Virus record (IMG/VR): IMGVR_UViG_2875722834_000004
Length of the DNA stretch: 26,521 nt
From: a virus
Taxonomy: Duplodnaviria; Heunggongvirae; Uroviricota; Caudoviricetes
Strand: one strand, 5' to 3'
Shown here: in pieces, positions 1 through 8,900 of the stretch
Numbering within the stretch: position 1 is the stretch's first letter
Layout of the letters: each line of letters begins with the position of its first letter
Position numbers and translations under genes: made by a program
The notes under the pieces: generated by a model
What the model was told of the DNA's origin: nothing
Seen by the model: the letters and a program-made list of their open reading frames with translations, nothing else
The model's database searches: none

Positions 1-19
1 CTATTTGATAAATATTAAA

Positions 20-1315
20 TTAATTTTTCATTGCTTCGTTATGGGGCATGGTTGGGGCAAACTCGCTTAACTGTGTATTTAACAAAGCTACCTGTGCATT
101 ATTGTTTTCAGACATCCATTTTCCGTATACCTGAAATACCATTTGCGCATCTGCATGGCCCATCTGGTTTGCTATAAATGCCGGGTTAGCACCAGCTGTC
201 AGCGACCAGCAGGCATAAGTATGTCTCGACTGATATGATTTTCGATGGCGGAGTCCGGCACGTTTTATCGCTGCGTCCCACATCTGCCTTATTGAGTCAA
301 CGGTAAAATGGTCACCATAATTTTTTACTCTCGCTGACACTTCAGGTTGAAAAACAAAGGTGCATTTTTGTTTTTCTGTTCTGCCATACTCTCTGAGGTG
401 AACATCAATGATATGCTCTTTGCTCAGTCTCGTTAATGTCATCTGACTCCGGAGAGCGTCGATTGCTGGCTTAATAAGATGAATGACCCGATTGGTTCCC
501 GCCTGTGTTTTTGGTACCGTGAAACGGTCTTTTGCTAAATTTCTCCTGATCATCATTGTTCCATTTTTCAGATCTATGTCCTCCCATCCAAGTGCACACA
601 GCTCACCAGGGCGAACTCCAGTATAAACAGAAACACACCATAAATTTTTTGCTTGCTGATTTCTGCACGCATCGATAAGACGGATAAATTCTTCCCGCGA
701 AAGAGGATCCGGAATGGTTCTTGATTCCTTTAATGGCGAGATCCCCTTAAACGGATTATCTGCCAGGTAACCGTTATCAACACCAAACTGGAACACGGCG
801 TTAAGATTTGTCATGTAATTATTTACAGTTACAGCCGATCTCCCTGGTTGTGTAACAATATAGTTACTTTTGGGGATCTGGTATCCAGTCAGTAACTCTT
901 TACGAACCTCCAGTAATTTTTCTTTATTAATCGATGAGGCAAGATTTTTTTCACCGATTATGCTCAGGATATTTTTGATGACGGCACGGTATGTGTTGAG
1001 TGATGTTTTGGCGACTTCAGTTTCTTTCAGTGCCAGAAATTTTTCAGCCAGTTCTTTTATGGTTAAATCTTGTCGGGCCTCACCAAATTTTTCCAGATTG
1101 CGTGAGGAGGGAAACTGTTTTGCATAGTCGAAAACACCAGTTTTTATTGCGTAACAAACAGAGGAGCGTAGTTCACCTGCAACGCGCCTGTTTTTTGCTG
1201 TGTCAGGAACCCCCAGATTTTCCCTGACTCTTACGTCTTTATAAACAAACCAGATACGTAATTTCCCTCCATGGTTTTCCACGCCTGTCGGATATTTCAT
1301 TTCAACTTCTCTCAT
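20..1315 (-). CDS. Tyrosine site-specific integrase (P4-like phage integrase), apparently intact
   Basis: 431-aa ORF at the prophage left edge; C-terminal region has integrase-like R...HxxR...Y catalytic spacing (SRHTYACW ... GHADAQMVFQVYGKW); sits next to an excisionase-like gene. Position corresponds to intQ of the Qin prophage. Confidence 0.85.
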   Translation of the reverse strand: MREVEMKYPTGVENHGGKLRIWFVYKDVRVRENLGVPDTAKNRRVAGELRSSVCYAIKTGVFDYAKQFPSSRNLEKFGEARQDLTIKELAEKFLALKETEVAKTSLNTYRAVIKNILSIIGEKNLASSINKEKLLEVRKELLTGYQIPKSNYIVTQPGRSAVTVNNYMTNLNAVFQFGVDNGYLADNPFKGISPLKESRTIPDPLSREEFIRLIDACRNQQAKNLWCVSVYTGVRPGELCALGWEDIDLKNGTMMIRRNLAKDRFTVPKTQAGTNRVIHLIKPAIDALRSQMTLTRLSKEHIIDVHLREYGRTEKQKCTFVFQPEVSARVKNYGDHFTVDSIRQMWDAAIKRAGLRHRKSYQSRHTYACWSLTAGANPAFIANQMGHADAQMVFQVYGKWMSENNNAQVALLNTQLSEFAPTMPHNEAMKN

Positions 1316-1334
1316 TAGTTAGTGTGGCTTTTAG

Positions 1335-1586
1335 TCAAGTAAGATGACGTCTTGGTCTCGCTGATGCCTGGCGCTCAATCCAGCGATCAATTTCTTCCAG
1401 GTTGTAAAAGCATGGACTGTTATCCCATGGCATACCGTCATGAGCGACATGCTTATATTCCCTTCCTTCCATAAACGATTTTTCCCGGGCCTTTTTTAAC
1501 GTACCTTTTTTTATTCCTTTCAGCGCAATTAACTGCTCTTCGGATACCCATTTGCCGGGAGAGACAATCATGATTACTTCGCTCAT
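1335..1586 (-). CDS. Excisionase-like small DNA-binding protein (Xis family)
   Basis: 83-aa ORF immediately upstream of int on the same strand; contains a GREY motif as in lambda Xis (KDGREY). Start could instead be the internal Met 5 codons in. Confidence 0.6.
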   Translation of the reverse strand: MSEVIMIVSPGKWVSEEQLIALKGIKKGTLKKAREKSFMEGREYKHVAHDGMPWDNSPCFYNLEEIDRWIERQASARPRRHLT

Positions 1587-1658
1587 CGATTTCTTTATCT
1601 CTTACATCAGACGAGCGCCGGTTGCAGAATACCAGTCACAACCGGCGACAGTTGAACA

Positions 1659-4130
1659 TTAAGAATCAGCCTGACTCGGGATCAGTTTTTGCCAGATAAC
1701 TGAAACGTATTTTGCCTGGTAACGGGCGTCATCAAGTGCATTATGGCGCTCACCTTCGAATGGAATAGCCGTTCTGGCATCGAAGTCTATGGCTTTCCCC
1801 AGCTCAACGATTGTGCGTACATCGCGATCGTTGTAGTAACGCCACGGGCAGGGGATCCCCTGCCGTTCGTATGAACGGCGCAAAATCGTGTTGTCGAAGT
1901 TGGCTCCATTTCCCCAAACCTGAACAAAAAATTCACCGGAGTTTTCGTCGATAAATTCTCGCAATTGTAACAGTGCATCATCTAACGGGATTTCATCGGT
2001 CATAATGGCAGATTGCGCTTCGCGTGATTGCTTAAGCCACCATTTAATGGTGTCCCGATCAATGACTCCGCCAGCAGTTTCCAGATCGATAGTCTTACTA
2101 AATTCCGGTCCCATATCTCCGGTTTGCGGATCGAAAAATATTGCACCTATTGAGATGATCGGGGCATCAGGATTTTTTCCCATGGTTTCAAGGTCGATCA
2201 TTAGATGGTCACACGTCCTGCTGGTGGATGTGATTTCGTGATGACCGTTCACCTTAATTGGGTGATCTGCCGTCTCGCCAGTTTCATTATCGCTATTGTG
2301 ATGCTGATTGCCGCCAGTGATCTCCTTGTGTGGATGTTCAGCGCCTTCCATTTCCTCCGGATCATCTTCCTGAACTTCAACCTGATACTCTTCATCGAAT
2401 GTTTCTTGGTATGTTGCGTCGCCCATCACCGCGCCACAATCAGGGCAGTTGCCGCCGCCGGTCTGACCGCAGGCGGTGCAGACTTTTTCCACTTCCTGTT
2501 GCGCTACTGGTTCAGGCTGTTTCGTTTCTGGCTCGTTTTGTAACGCATTTGGACTGTTTTGTTCCGCTTTTTGGTAGTTCCGTTCCGATTCATGCTGGTT
2601 CTGGTTCACAGAATCGCGGGTCTGGAGCCCCTTAACCCATTTCGGATCATTCGGGTCACTAATCCCTTCAACAAATTCACCACGTGATGCAGCAAGCAAC
2701 TTATCGGCGTCAGGCTGGCTGATATTGGCTGCCTGCATAATTTTGTTTACTTCGTCAGCGGTAACTTTTATCGGCTCTGGTTGTTCTGAATCTTCAGCGG
2801 TATCTACATTTTGCGGTAAGCCCGTGTATGTGCCATTTTTTCGGGCAAAATATTCTTCTTTTGTGATTTCAGTGGCGCCAGCAGCCAGTGCCTTATCCAG
2901 ACCAGAGAGTTTGTTTGCGCGACCGTATTTTTCTCCGTCCTTATCTGCGAAGAGGAAATAGAACGGCCCCTCACGCTCTACAGATGGTTCAGCTTCCGGC
3001 GCGGTTTCATTTTTTGGGATATCAGATACCTCAGTTTCCACTGCATCAGTTTGTGTTTCTGATGACTGGAGAACATCAACAGTGCCCAGGTCTGTTTCTT
3101 CATTCTCAAACACGCCCTTTGTCGTCAGGTATTCGCAGATATATTTGTTCAGTGCTACGGGATCTTTGTGAATGTCGATCGGACGCTCACGGACAAGGCC
3201 AAAAATAGTTTGGCGGTCGTAGCGAAGGGCATCAGGCTGTTTGCGCATTGATGCCGAGATACGCTTCCAGTCTTCGCGGTCGTTGTCGATAACTTCTTTT
3301 TTTGCCCAGCGATGGATGCTGCCGTCAATGTTTCCGGCATCCACATCACTAGGCCAGAGAGCGTAGGCCAGTTCGTCATCCAGTGTTTTCCATGTCTGCT
3401 TGTATTCGCGATGAATGGCAGCAATGACCGGGCTGATTTTTCCTGTTGAATTTTCAGTGTACTGTTGATTGGCTCTGGCGCGGGCGAGATCAACAACAGA
3501 CGTGTATTTTCCGGTTTCCTTGCGTTCACCTTCGCGACGTTTTTTCCAGATGCGCATCTCTGCCTGAATTTCGGGCCATTTAGCACCAGGAATACATTTA
3601 TGCTTAACCCACCCAATGGCGTGCAACTTAAGCTCCGGATACATGGCGTTAACTTCTGGCATTTTCATCAACGCTTCAACGATATGTCCGTCGAATGTTG
3701 CCATGTCTTCCTGCAACAATTCCTGTGCGCTAATAACCATATCAACGGTGATGTTTTCACATGTGTCGAACTTAACCATGACAGCGTTCTGTACTTCAGG
3801 GGCCAGCTTGTCAAAAGTGACGTTCATCGGATCGGATTCAGTCTCAACCGGGACAAAAGAAGCAGACTCCTCATCCCAGCGGTTTTCCTGCATATATTCA
3901 GCATCCCATGAATCGAGGGCAGGGCGGGGTATGCCAGGTTTATCCTCGCAGACAATAAATTTATAAGCGCAGTCCTGAGCAGCCGGATAATGTTCCAGGA
4001 ATTGCCAGTGAAATTTTGCTCGAGCACGGCGTTCGTCGCCAGCTTCAATGGCTGTGGCTACAGCCACAGCGCCTTCTTCCCTTGTTGCCAGTTCGTCAGG
4101 AATAGCGGCGCAAATAAAGACTTTACTCAT
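1659..4130 (-). CDS. Large early-left protein with C-terminal DEDDh (DnaQ-like) 3'-5' exonuclease domain; full-length counterpart of the ydfE position in Qin
   Basis: ORF open to 4166; likely start at MSKVF (4130). C-terminal ~180 aa carry Exo I/II/III-like motifs (MIDLETMG; WGNGANFDNTIL; HNALDDARYQAKY). A CxxC...CPDC zinc-ribbon-like motif and acidic low-complexity stretches lie upstream. Located between ydfD and xis/int. Confidence 0.75.
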   Translation of the reverse strand: MSKVFICAAIPDELATREEGAVAVATAIEAGDERRARAKFHWQFLEHYPAAQDCAYKFIVCEDKPGIPRPALDSWDAEYMQENRWDEESASFVPVETESDPMNVTFDKLAPEVQNAVMVKFDTCENITVDMVISAQELLQEDMATFDGHIVEALMKMPEVNAMYPELKLHAIGWVKHKCIPGAKWPEIQAEMRIWKKRREGERKETGKYTSVVDLARARANQQYTENSTGKISPVIAAIHREYKQTWKTLDDELAYALWPSDVDAGNIDGSIHRWAKKEVIDNDREDWKRISASMRKQPDALRYDRQTIFGLVRERPIDIHKDPVALNKYICEYLTTKGVFENEETDLGTVDVLQSSETQTDAVETEVSDIPKNETAPEAEPSVEREGPFYFLFADKDGEKYGRANKLSGLDKALAAGATEITKEEYFARKNGTYTGLPQNVDTAEDSEQPEPIKVTADEVNKIMQAANISQPDADKLLAASRGEFVEGISDPNDPKWVKGLQTRDSVNQNQHESERNYQKAEQNSPNALQNEPETKQPEPVAQQEVEKVCTACGQTGGGNCPDCGAVMGDATYQETFDEEYQVEVQEDDPEEMEGAEHPHKEITGGNQHHNSDNETGETADHPIKVNGHHEITSTSRTCDHLMIDLETMGKNPDAPIISIGAIFFDPQTGDMGPEFSKTIDLETAGGVIDRDTIKWWLKQSREAQSAIMTDEIPLDDALLQLREFIDENSGEFFVQVWGNGANFDNTILRRSYERQGIPCPWRYYNDRDVRTIVELGKAIDFDARTAIPFEGERHNALDDARYQAKYVSVIWQKLIPSQADS

Positions 4131-4222
4131 TTGTTTTAACCTCATGACAGATTTAAGGATGAACAAATCCCTGCCATTGCTGGCATATAAGAATGAAACC
4201 GGATATTTATTACGGAACTGTT

Positions 4223-4414
4223 TTAAAGACCTGCCGGGATTTCGATATTATCCTGGTGAATAACTTTATCGACCGGGTAACAGTTACCGGGAATTTTCTG
4301 TTCGGTTGCTGCAGTCATACACTCCTGCATTGTCCTGTGAACACTGACTGCAATATCAACTGGCTCTCCGGAAACAAGAAAAACTGTCAGAACAAGCACA
4401 AATGCTGAATTCAT
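4223..4414 (-). CDS. ydfD: YdfD-like small lysis-associated protein (63 aa, N-terminal hydrophobic segment)
   Basis: Recalled match to K-12 YdfD starting MNSAFVLVLTVFLVSGEPVD; start overlaps the dicB stop (ATGA-type overlap). The six-frame ORF extends upstream to 4468 but that part overlaps dicB. Confidence 0.75.
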   Translation of the reverse strand: MNSAFVLVLTVFLVSGEPVDIAVSVHRTMQECMTAATEQKIPGNCYPVDKVIHQDNIEIPAGL

Positions 4415-4599
4415 TGTGCACATCCTTTTGGCATCAGACGTAAACGAGCCAGCATTGAAACAATGCATATTTTATTTAATAGCTCCCGTTCTTGTTTTCT
4501 CTTGTTAATGGCATCTTCAGTAAATACTGGGTTACTGATAGTGACACCAATTTCAAAACAACCTTCAGACGTATTAACGTTTGGTAATAACGTTTTCAT
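4411..4599 (-). CDS. dicB: Cell-division inhibitor DicB (62 aa)
   Basis: Protein MKTLLPNVNTSEGCFEIGVTISNPVFTEDAINKRKQERELLNKICIVSMLARLRLMPKGCAQ matches my recollection of E. coli DicB; followed by ydfD as in Qin. Confidence 0.85.
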   Translation of the reverse strand: MKTLLPNVNTSEGCFEIGVTISNPVFTEDAINKRKQERELLNKICIVSMLARLRLMPKGCAQ

Positions 4600-4694
4600 T
4601 ATCGCGTCCTCAACAATGAATTTTGTGATGCAGTGCCTGGTGCCTCCAGGTGACGTTAACCAGTTAACAATTAACGCCGGATAGCAGGGAGGAT

Positions 4695-5036
4695 TTGGCG
4701 TGTGCGCAGTGGATCTGGGGGCGGATCGTGGGTCTCTACGAACAGGCAGCCAGTGATGATGGCGAGATCATGCGACCAAAAGAGCCTAACTGGACTGCCT
4801 GGGCCAATGACGTGCGCACAATGCGGATGCTGGATGGCAGAAGCCACAGACAAATTTGCGAAATGTTTGGTCGGGTTCAGCGAGATCCATTCTGGGTAAA
4901 AAACATCATGAGCCCGTCAAAGCTCCGCGAAAAATGGGACGAACTGGTCATCCGCCTGGGACGTTCACCTGTACAGCGTTGTGTTAATCATATTTCTGAA
5001 CCGGATACAGAAATTCCGCCTGGTTTCAGAGGATAA
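4695..5036 (+). CDS. Hypothetical protein, possibly an N-terminally truncated remnant
   Basis: 113-codon open frame, but the only start near the AGGGAGG Shine-Dalgarno (4686-4692) is a TTG 2 nt away; in-frame GTG at 4728 and ATG at 4770 are alternatives. No family recognised. Confidence 0.35.
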   Translation: MACAQWIWGRIVGLYEQAASDDGEIMRPKEPNWTAWANDVRTMRMLDGRSHRQICEMFGRVQRDPFWVKNIMSPSKLREKWDELVIRLGRSPVQRCVNHISEPDTEIPPGFRG

Positions 5037-5076
5037 GTGTTGATTTCAGGTCATGAGGTAATTTTAAGGGGGACTT

Positions 5077-5499
5077 GTGGCAAAAGTTTTTACACAAGAG
5101 GAGCGGGAAAAAATTAAATGGCAGGTGGTGGAACTCGTGCGCCAGAGCGGCCGTGAGACGTTACGGCAACTGGAAGCTAAAACAGGTGCGACTAGATATC
5201 TGATGAGCGTTCTTGCCAGAGAGCTGGTAGCCAGTGGCGATGTATACAACTCCGGCTACGGGTTATTCCCCTCTGAACAGGCGCGTAAGGACTGGCAAAA
5301 CGCCCGCAAAAAACTCTCGAGGGCAAAGGTGAAGAAACCTGCTGTGGTTGATCCGGACCTTATCTGGTCATCACCTGACGGAGAAATACGTCGCTACGAC
5401 AGTCGCCTAAACATAATCTGTCGCGAGTGCCGGAAGAGCGAAGTTATGCAGCGCATACTGGCTTTCTATCAGGGTAATTTTCAGGACGTGGCGCAGTGA
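5077..5499 (+). CDS. Hypothetical protein (140 aa)
   Basis: GTG start preceded by a strong SD (AAGGGGGA, 5066-5072); stop overlaps the start of the next gene (GTGAGTG). Protein is basic with a central helix-rich region; no family recognised. Confidence 0.6.
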   Translation: MAKVFTQEEREKIKWQVVELVRQSGRETLRQLEAKTGATRYLMSVLARELVASGDVYNSGYGLFPSEQARKDWQNARKKLSRAKVKKPAVVDPDLIWSSPDGEIRRYDSRLNIICRECRKSEVMQRILAFYQGNFQDVAQ

Positions 5500-5942
5500 G
5501 TGCACCGGCAACCATTCTTGATATGTGCTGTGGCAGCCGCATGTTCTGGTTCGATAAGTCTGACGAACGGGCGATATTCAGCGATATCAGAAAAGAAGGA
5601 TACACATTACGCAATGGGAGACGCTTGATTATCAGCCCTGACATTATCGCAGATTTTCGTGCATTATCATTTGCAGACGCATCTTTTTCGATGGTTGTAT
5701 TAGACCCTCCGCATCTTGAGAGTGTTGGTGATAACGCCTGGATGGGAAAGAAATATGGACGGCTGAATAAAGATGCCTGGCGTGATGATTCGCGACAGAG
5801 ATTTAAAGAAGCCTTTCGGGTGTTGAGGCCGCACGGCGTTCTGATTTTTTAATGGAATGAAACGCAAATACCGGTAAGCCAGATTCTGGCACTGACAGAC
5901 AGAAAACCTGTTATCTGTCAACGAACAGGGAAAAAACGATAA
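5496..5942 (+). pseudogene. Phage Dam-like N6-adenine DNA methyltransferase interrupted by an in-frame TAA at 5850-5852
   Basis: 118-aa ORF contains a DPPH motif (variant of the DPPY/F motif IV of N6-adenine methyltransferases). The same frame stays open for 30 more codons after the TAA (…HGVLIF*WNETQIPVSQILALTDRKPVICQRTGKKR*). A single substitution (AAA to TAA) would explain the stop. Confidence 0.55.
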
Positions 5943-6114
5943 AACCCACTGGATTATTTTTATGAAAGAGGCATCCAGTGAGTAGATTCGTAAGGCTACA
6001 GATACGTATATCTGAATAATTAAATTCAGTTCTGTAAATAAAATTTAATCCTTAACCGGATGGATTTCTGCACCCTCAGAACATCAGGAGGCCGCCCGAA
6101 AGGGCGGTAGTGAA

Positions 6115-6225
6115 ATGCGAAAGTTCAAAATTATTATTGAAACGGGAATAGCTGGTGGAGATTTTGAGGATGTATTCGAAGTGGACGATGACGCAACACC
6201 TGAGGAAATTCATGACGGAGCATAA
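6115..6225 (+). CDS. Short acidic ORF (36 codons), possibly the 5' part of a decayed gene
   Basis: ATG at 6115; ends at TAA 6223-6225; frame reopens for 23 more codons to TGA 6295-6297. Preceded by a CCGCCC-GAAA-GGGCGG hairpin (6092-6107). Confidence 0.2.
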   Translation: MRKFKIIIETGIAGGDFEDVFEVDDDATPEEIHDGA

Positions 6226-6274
6226 GAAATTTTCTTTAACTACTGCAATTACTCATACCACGAAATAAAAGACG

Positions 6275-6466
6275 ATGAGGAAGAACAAAGTGGCTGATTT
6301 TTGTTCAGCTAAATATAACATCAGTTTTGAAGAGCGGGATGAACTATTAATGGACTATGGTGAGTTACGCGGTGGAAGTGCTGCTGATGTCGAATCCTAG
6401 CGTGATGACTATGAAGCGGGAAAAACTCCGGTCGAAGCATATTGTGATGAGTGGGGCGATGAATGA
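6275..6466 (+). pseudogene. Short ORF with internal in-frame TAG (6398-6400); possible decayed phage gene
   Basis: ATG 6275; 41 codons, TAG, then 21 codons ending …YCDEWGDE with the stop overlapping the next ATG (ATGA). Confidence 0.25.
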
Positions 6467-6750
6467 GCGAGATTAATTATCAGGAAGGGCATGAAACGGC
6501 GGGGCAAGCAAAACCAGTGGCATGGCGATATCGCTACGTGAAAAAAGGCGTTACGGACTTTCAGGGGAAGTAGTGGTCTGGTGACTGGAAATATGTACCG
6601 AAAAAAGAGGATTGTAACGACAGGCCGAACTATCAAATTCAGGCCTTATTCACTGCCTCACCAGTCCCAGTTACATCAGAAGAACTGGTTAAAGCTGTGC
6701 ACTTTTATGAACAACTAAAACGCGAAAATCCACCAACATCCGGCAACTAG
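6463..6750 (+). pseudogene. ORF with internal in-frame TAG (6571-6573); possible decayed phage gene (~95 codons)
   Basis: MSEINYQEGHETAGQAKPVAWRYRYVKKGVTDFQGK*WSGDWKYVPKKEDCNDRPNYQIQALFTASPVPVTSEELVKAVHFYEQLKRENPPTSGN*; 59 codons stay open after the TAG, which is unlikely by chance. Confidence 0.3.
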
Positions 6751-7004
6751 ATTAATGGATTAACTATGTCGGTTAAACGACCAGCCAACTGAAAAAGCGG
6801 AAACCTGATTACAGGTTGCCAGATAAGGCAATGAGCTACCTGGCGCGGAACGGACTGATAAGTATGGGGAATGTTTTACGATGAACCTTTAGACTAAAGA
6901 GTTTGTAACGCTATGTAAGTGATTTTTTCTGGTTTAGATATTTATATGTCCGGCCAAATTGAGGTGTGTTTAAATGTAATTGCACATTGATTGTAGGAGG
7001 AATA

Positions 7005-7184
7005 ATGAAAAACGCATTGCAGTTTTTGTTTGTTGCGTTCTGGTTGTTCGCATCATGTATGCCCATCATCTTCACAGCAAGGTATATGGAAAAAGTTGAT
7101 GTTTTGATATTAATATTTGGATATATAAATGCCCTTTTTTTAGGGGTGTTCATGGCGGTCATGTGCATTGAATACTGGCGGTAA
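7005..7184 (+). CDS. Small hydrophobic protein (59 aa, two predicted transmembrane segments)
   Basis: ATG 7 nt downstream of a consensus AGGAGG (6995-7000); protein MKNALQFLFVAFWLFASCMPIIFTARYMEKVDVLILIFGYINALFLGVFMAVMCIEYWR; lies in an AT-rich islet. Confidence 0.5.
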   Translation: MKNALQFLFVAFWLFASCMPIIFTARYMEKVDVLILIFGYINALFLGVFMAVMCIEYWR

Positions 7185-7439
7185 ATACAGCGAACTCCAT
7201 TGGTTTAGTTGGATATTTACTGTGCTGGACAAAAACGGTTTGCGGGGAAATCTTAGTTAAGTAGAATGACTGCGGGTGCTTGAGGCTATCTGCCTCGGGC
7301 ATGGACACCAACGGCAGATAGAGAAAAGCCCCAGTTAACATTACGCGTCCTGCAAGACGCTTAACATTAATCTGAGGCCAATTTCATGCTAGACACATGT
7401 AGGTTAGCCTCTTACGTGCCGAAAGGCACGGAGAAGCAG

Positions 7440-8900
7440 GCTATTGTTAACACCAAGCTGTAATGTCCCCTTTGAACCATTCTAAAATGTCCCCAGACAA
7501 TTCTCTGGGGGATTTTTCATGATCAAAGAGACTGTTACGATGAGTCATAAGGAACTCCACCGACTTCAGATTATTCAGGAACAAGCTGCGGCACGCATTG
7601 GCATTTCTATTCGGCAGGTTAAACGTCTGGTGCAACGGTATAGAAATGAAGGGCCTTCTGGTCTGGTTTCCCACCGACGTGGAAAGCGTCCTAATAATTC
7701 CTTTTCTACTGAATTCAGAGCAACAGTAATTTCACTCCTCAAAGGCCGTTACGCTGATTTTGGACCTACGTTTGCGTGCGAAAAATTGCGCGAGATACAC
7801 GGTTTATCTTTATCCGTTGAAACTCTCAGAAAGTGGATGATAGAAGAGGGGTTATGGCGTGAACGCCGTCGTAAAATTGCCCGTATATATCAACGCCGCA
7901 TGCGACGACCATCTTACGGTGAACTGATCCAGATTGATGGCTCACCTCATGACTGGTTTGAAAATCGAGGCCCCAGATGTACACTGATCGTTTTCATTGA
8001 TGATGCCACCAGTGCGTTGATGGCGTTGCGTTTTGTGCCTGCTGAAACAACCCGGGCTTACATGGAAACCCTCCGGGGTTACCTTAATGATCATGGCGTA
8101 CCGCTCGCTCTCTACTCTGATAGACACAGTATATTCAGGGTAAATAACCCAGAGCGGGAAGGTGAGCTGACCCAGTTCACTCGTGCGATAAAGACACTGG
8201 GCATCGAGCCAATCCATGCCAACAGCCCGCAGGCAAAAGGGCGGGTAGAGCGCGCCAATCAGACACTACAGGACAGGCTGGTCAAAGAAATGCGGCTTCA
8301 GAATATCAGTGATATTGAAACAGCAAATGCATGGTTGCCGACCTTTATTGAAGCCTATAACAACCGGTTCGCTACGTCGCCTCGTACTACTGATAATGCT
8401 CATCTTGATGTGCACCATTCTGAAGAGGAACTGGGTTATATCTTCAGCCTACAGGCGAAGCGCGTTCTGTCTAAAAATCTCACTTTCCAGTACAAAAGCA
8501 GTGCGTTTCAGGTACGCAGTGAGGGCCGGGGATATCGACTTAGGCATTCGGTTGTTACTGTATGCGAGAACTTTGACGGTGAAATTAACGTTCTGTATGA
8601 CGGGAAAGCGCTGGGCTGGGAAAAGTATGTTGATGGCCCGGAGCCTATACCACTGGATGATGAAAAGAGTGTCCATGAACGAGTGGATAATGCCCGTATT
8701 GATTTACGCTCAAAATACTATGTTAAACCTAAAGCTGACCATCCCTGGCTTACGCGCCGAACGCAAAGTCATCAGCAAGTTAAGCCCCCGAAGTTACCTA
8801 AAAAGAAGCCTGATCCCGATAAAAAAGATTGAAACCAAGATCGATTCGGTTGAGTGCATATCCATTCATAGGGTAGATTCTTAAGTCGCGTTTCTGGTGT
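7440..8900 (+). mobile_element. Putative insertion sequence carrying the 437-aa transposase (ends not defined)
   Basis: Single transposase ORF replacing the segment where Qin carries dicA/dicC/ydfABC; a hairpin (CCCCAGA...TCTGGGG, 7489-7507) sequesters the GGGGGA SD-like sequence before the ATG. I could not identify terminal inverted repeats or a target duplication by eye. Confidence 0.3.
7519..8832 (+). CDS. DDE transposase/integrase (rve core), IS481/ISNCY-like, 437 aa
   Basis: N-terminal HTH-like region, then DDE triad candidates (IQIDGSPHDW, YSDRHS, SPQAKGRVERANQTLQ). Confidence 0.8.
   Translation: MIKETVTMSHKELHRLQIIQEQAAARIGISIRQVKRLVQRYRNEGPSGLVSHRRGKRPNNSFSTEFRATVISLLKGRYADFGPTFACEKLREIHGLSLSVETLRKWMIEEGLWRERRRKIARIYQRRMRRPSYGELIQIDGSPHDWFENRGPRCTLIVFIDDATSALMALRFVPAETTRAYMETLRGYLNDHGVPLALYSDRHSIFRVNNPEREGELTQFTRAIKTLGIEPIHANSPQAKGRVERANQTLQDRLVKEMRLQNISDIETANAWLPTFIEAYNNRFATSPRTTDNAHLDVHHSEEELGYIFSLQAKRVLSKNLTFQYKSSAFQVRSEGRGYRLRHSVVTVCENFDGEINVLYDGKALGWEKYVDGPEPIPLDDEKSVHERVDNARIDLRSKYYVKPKADHPWLTRRTQSHQQVKPPKLPKKKPDPDKKD

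Noticed and set aside
2005-3966. Multiple plus-strand ORFs (78-153 aa) inside the 823-aa exonuclease-like gene
   Set aside because: They lie antisense to, or overlap, a long well-supported minus-strand CDS and show low-complexity, Cys/Arg-rich compositions typical of spurious antisense frames.
4600-4760. Possible DicF sRNA upstream of dicB
   Set aside because: Only a 9-nt GGTGACGTT match to my recollection of DicF is present, and it is on the wrong strand. The expected ftsZ-pairing and terminator segments are not recognisable, so I do not call dicF.
7200-7460. Hairpin-rich segment considered as a retron msr/msd or other structured ncRNA
   Set aside because: No reverse transcriptase or other partner gene is nearby; the structures are more simply explained as the leader or end of the adjacent transposase element.
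8309-8884. 191-aa ORF overlapping the 3' half of the transposase gene in another frame
   Set aside because: Entirely nested within and out of frame with the DDE transposase; no RBS; composition is atypical.
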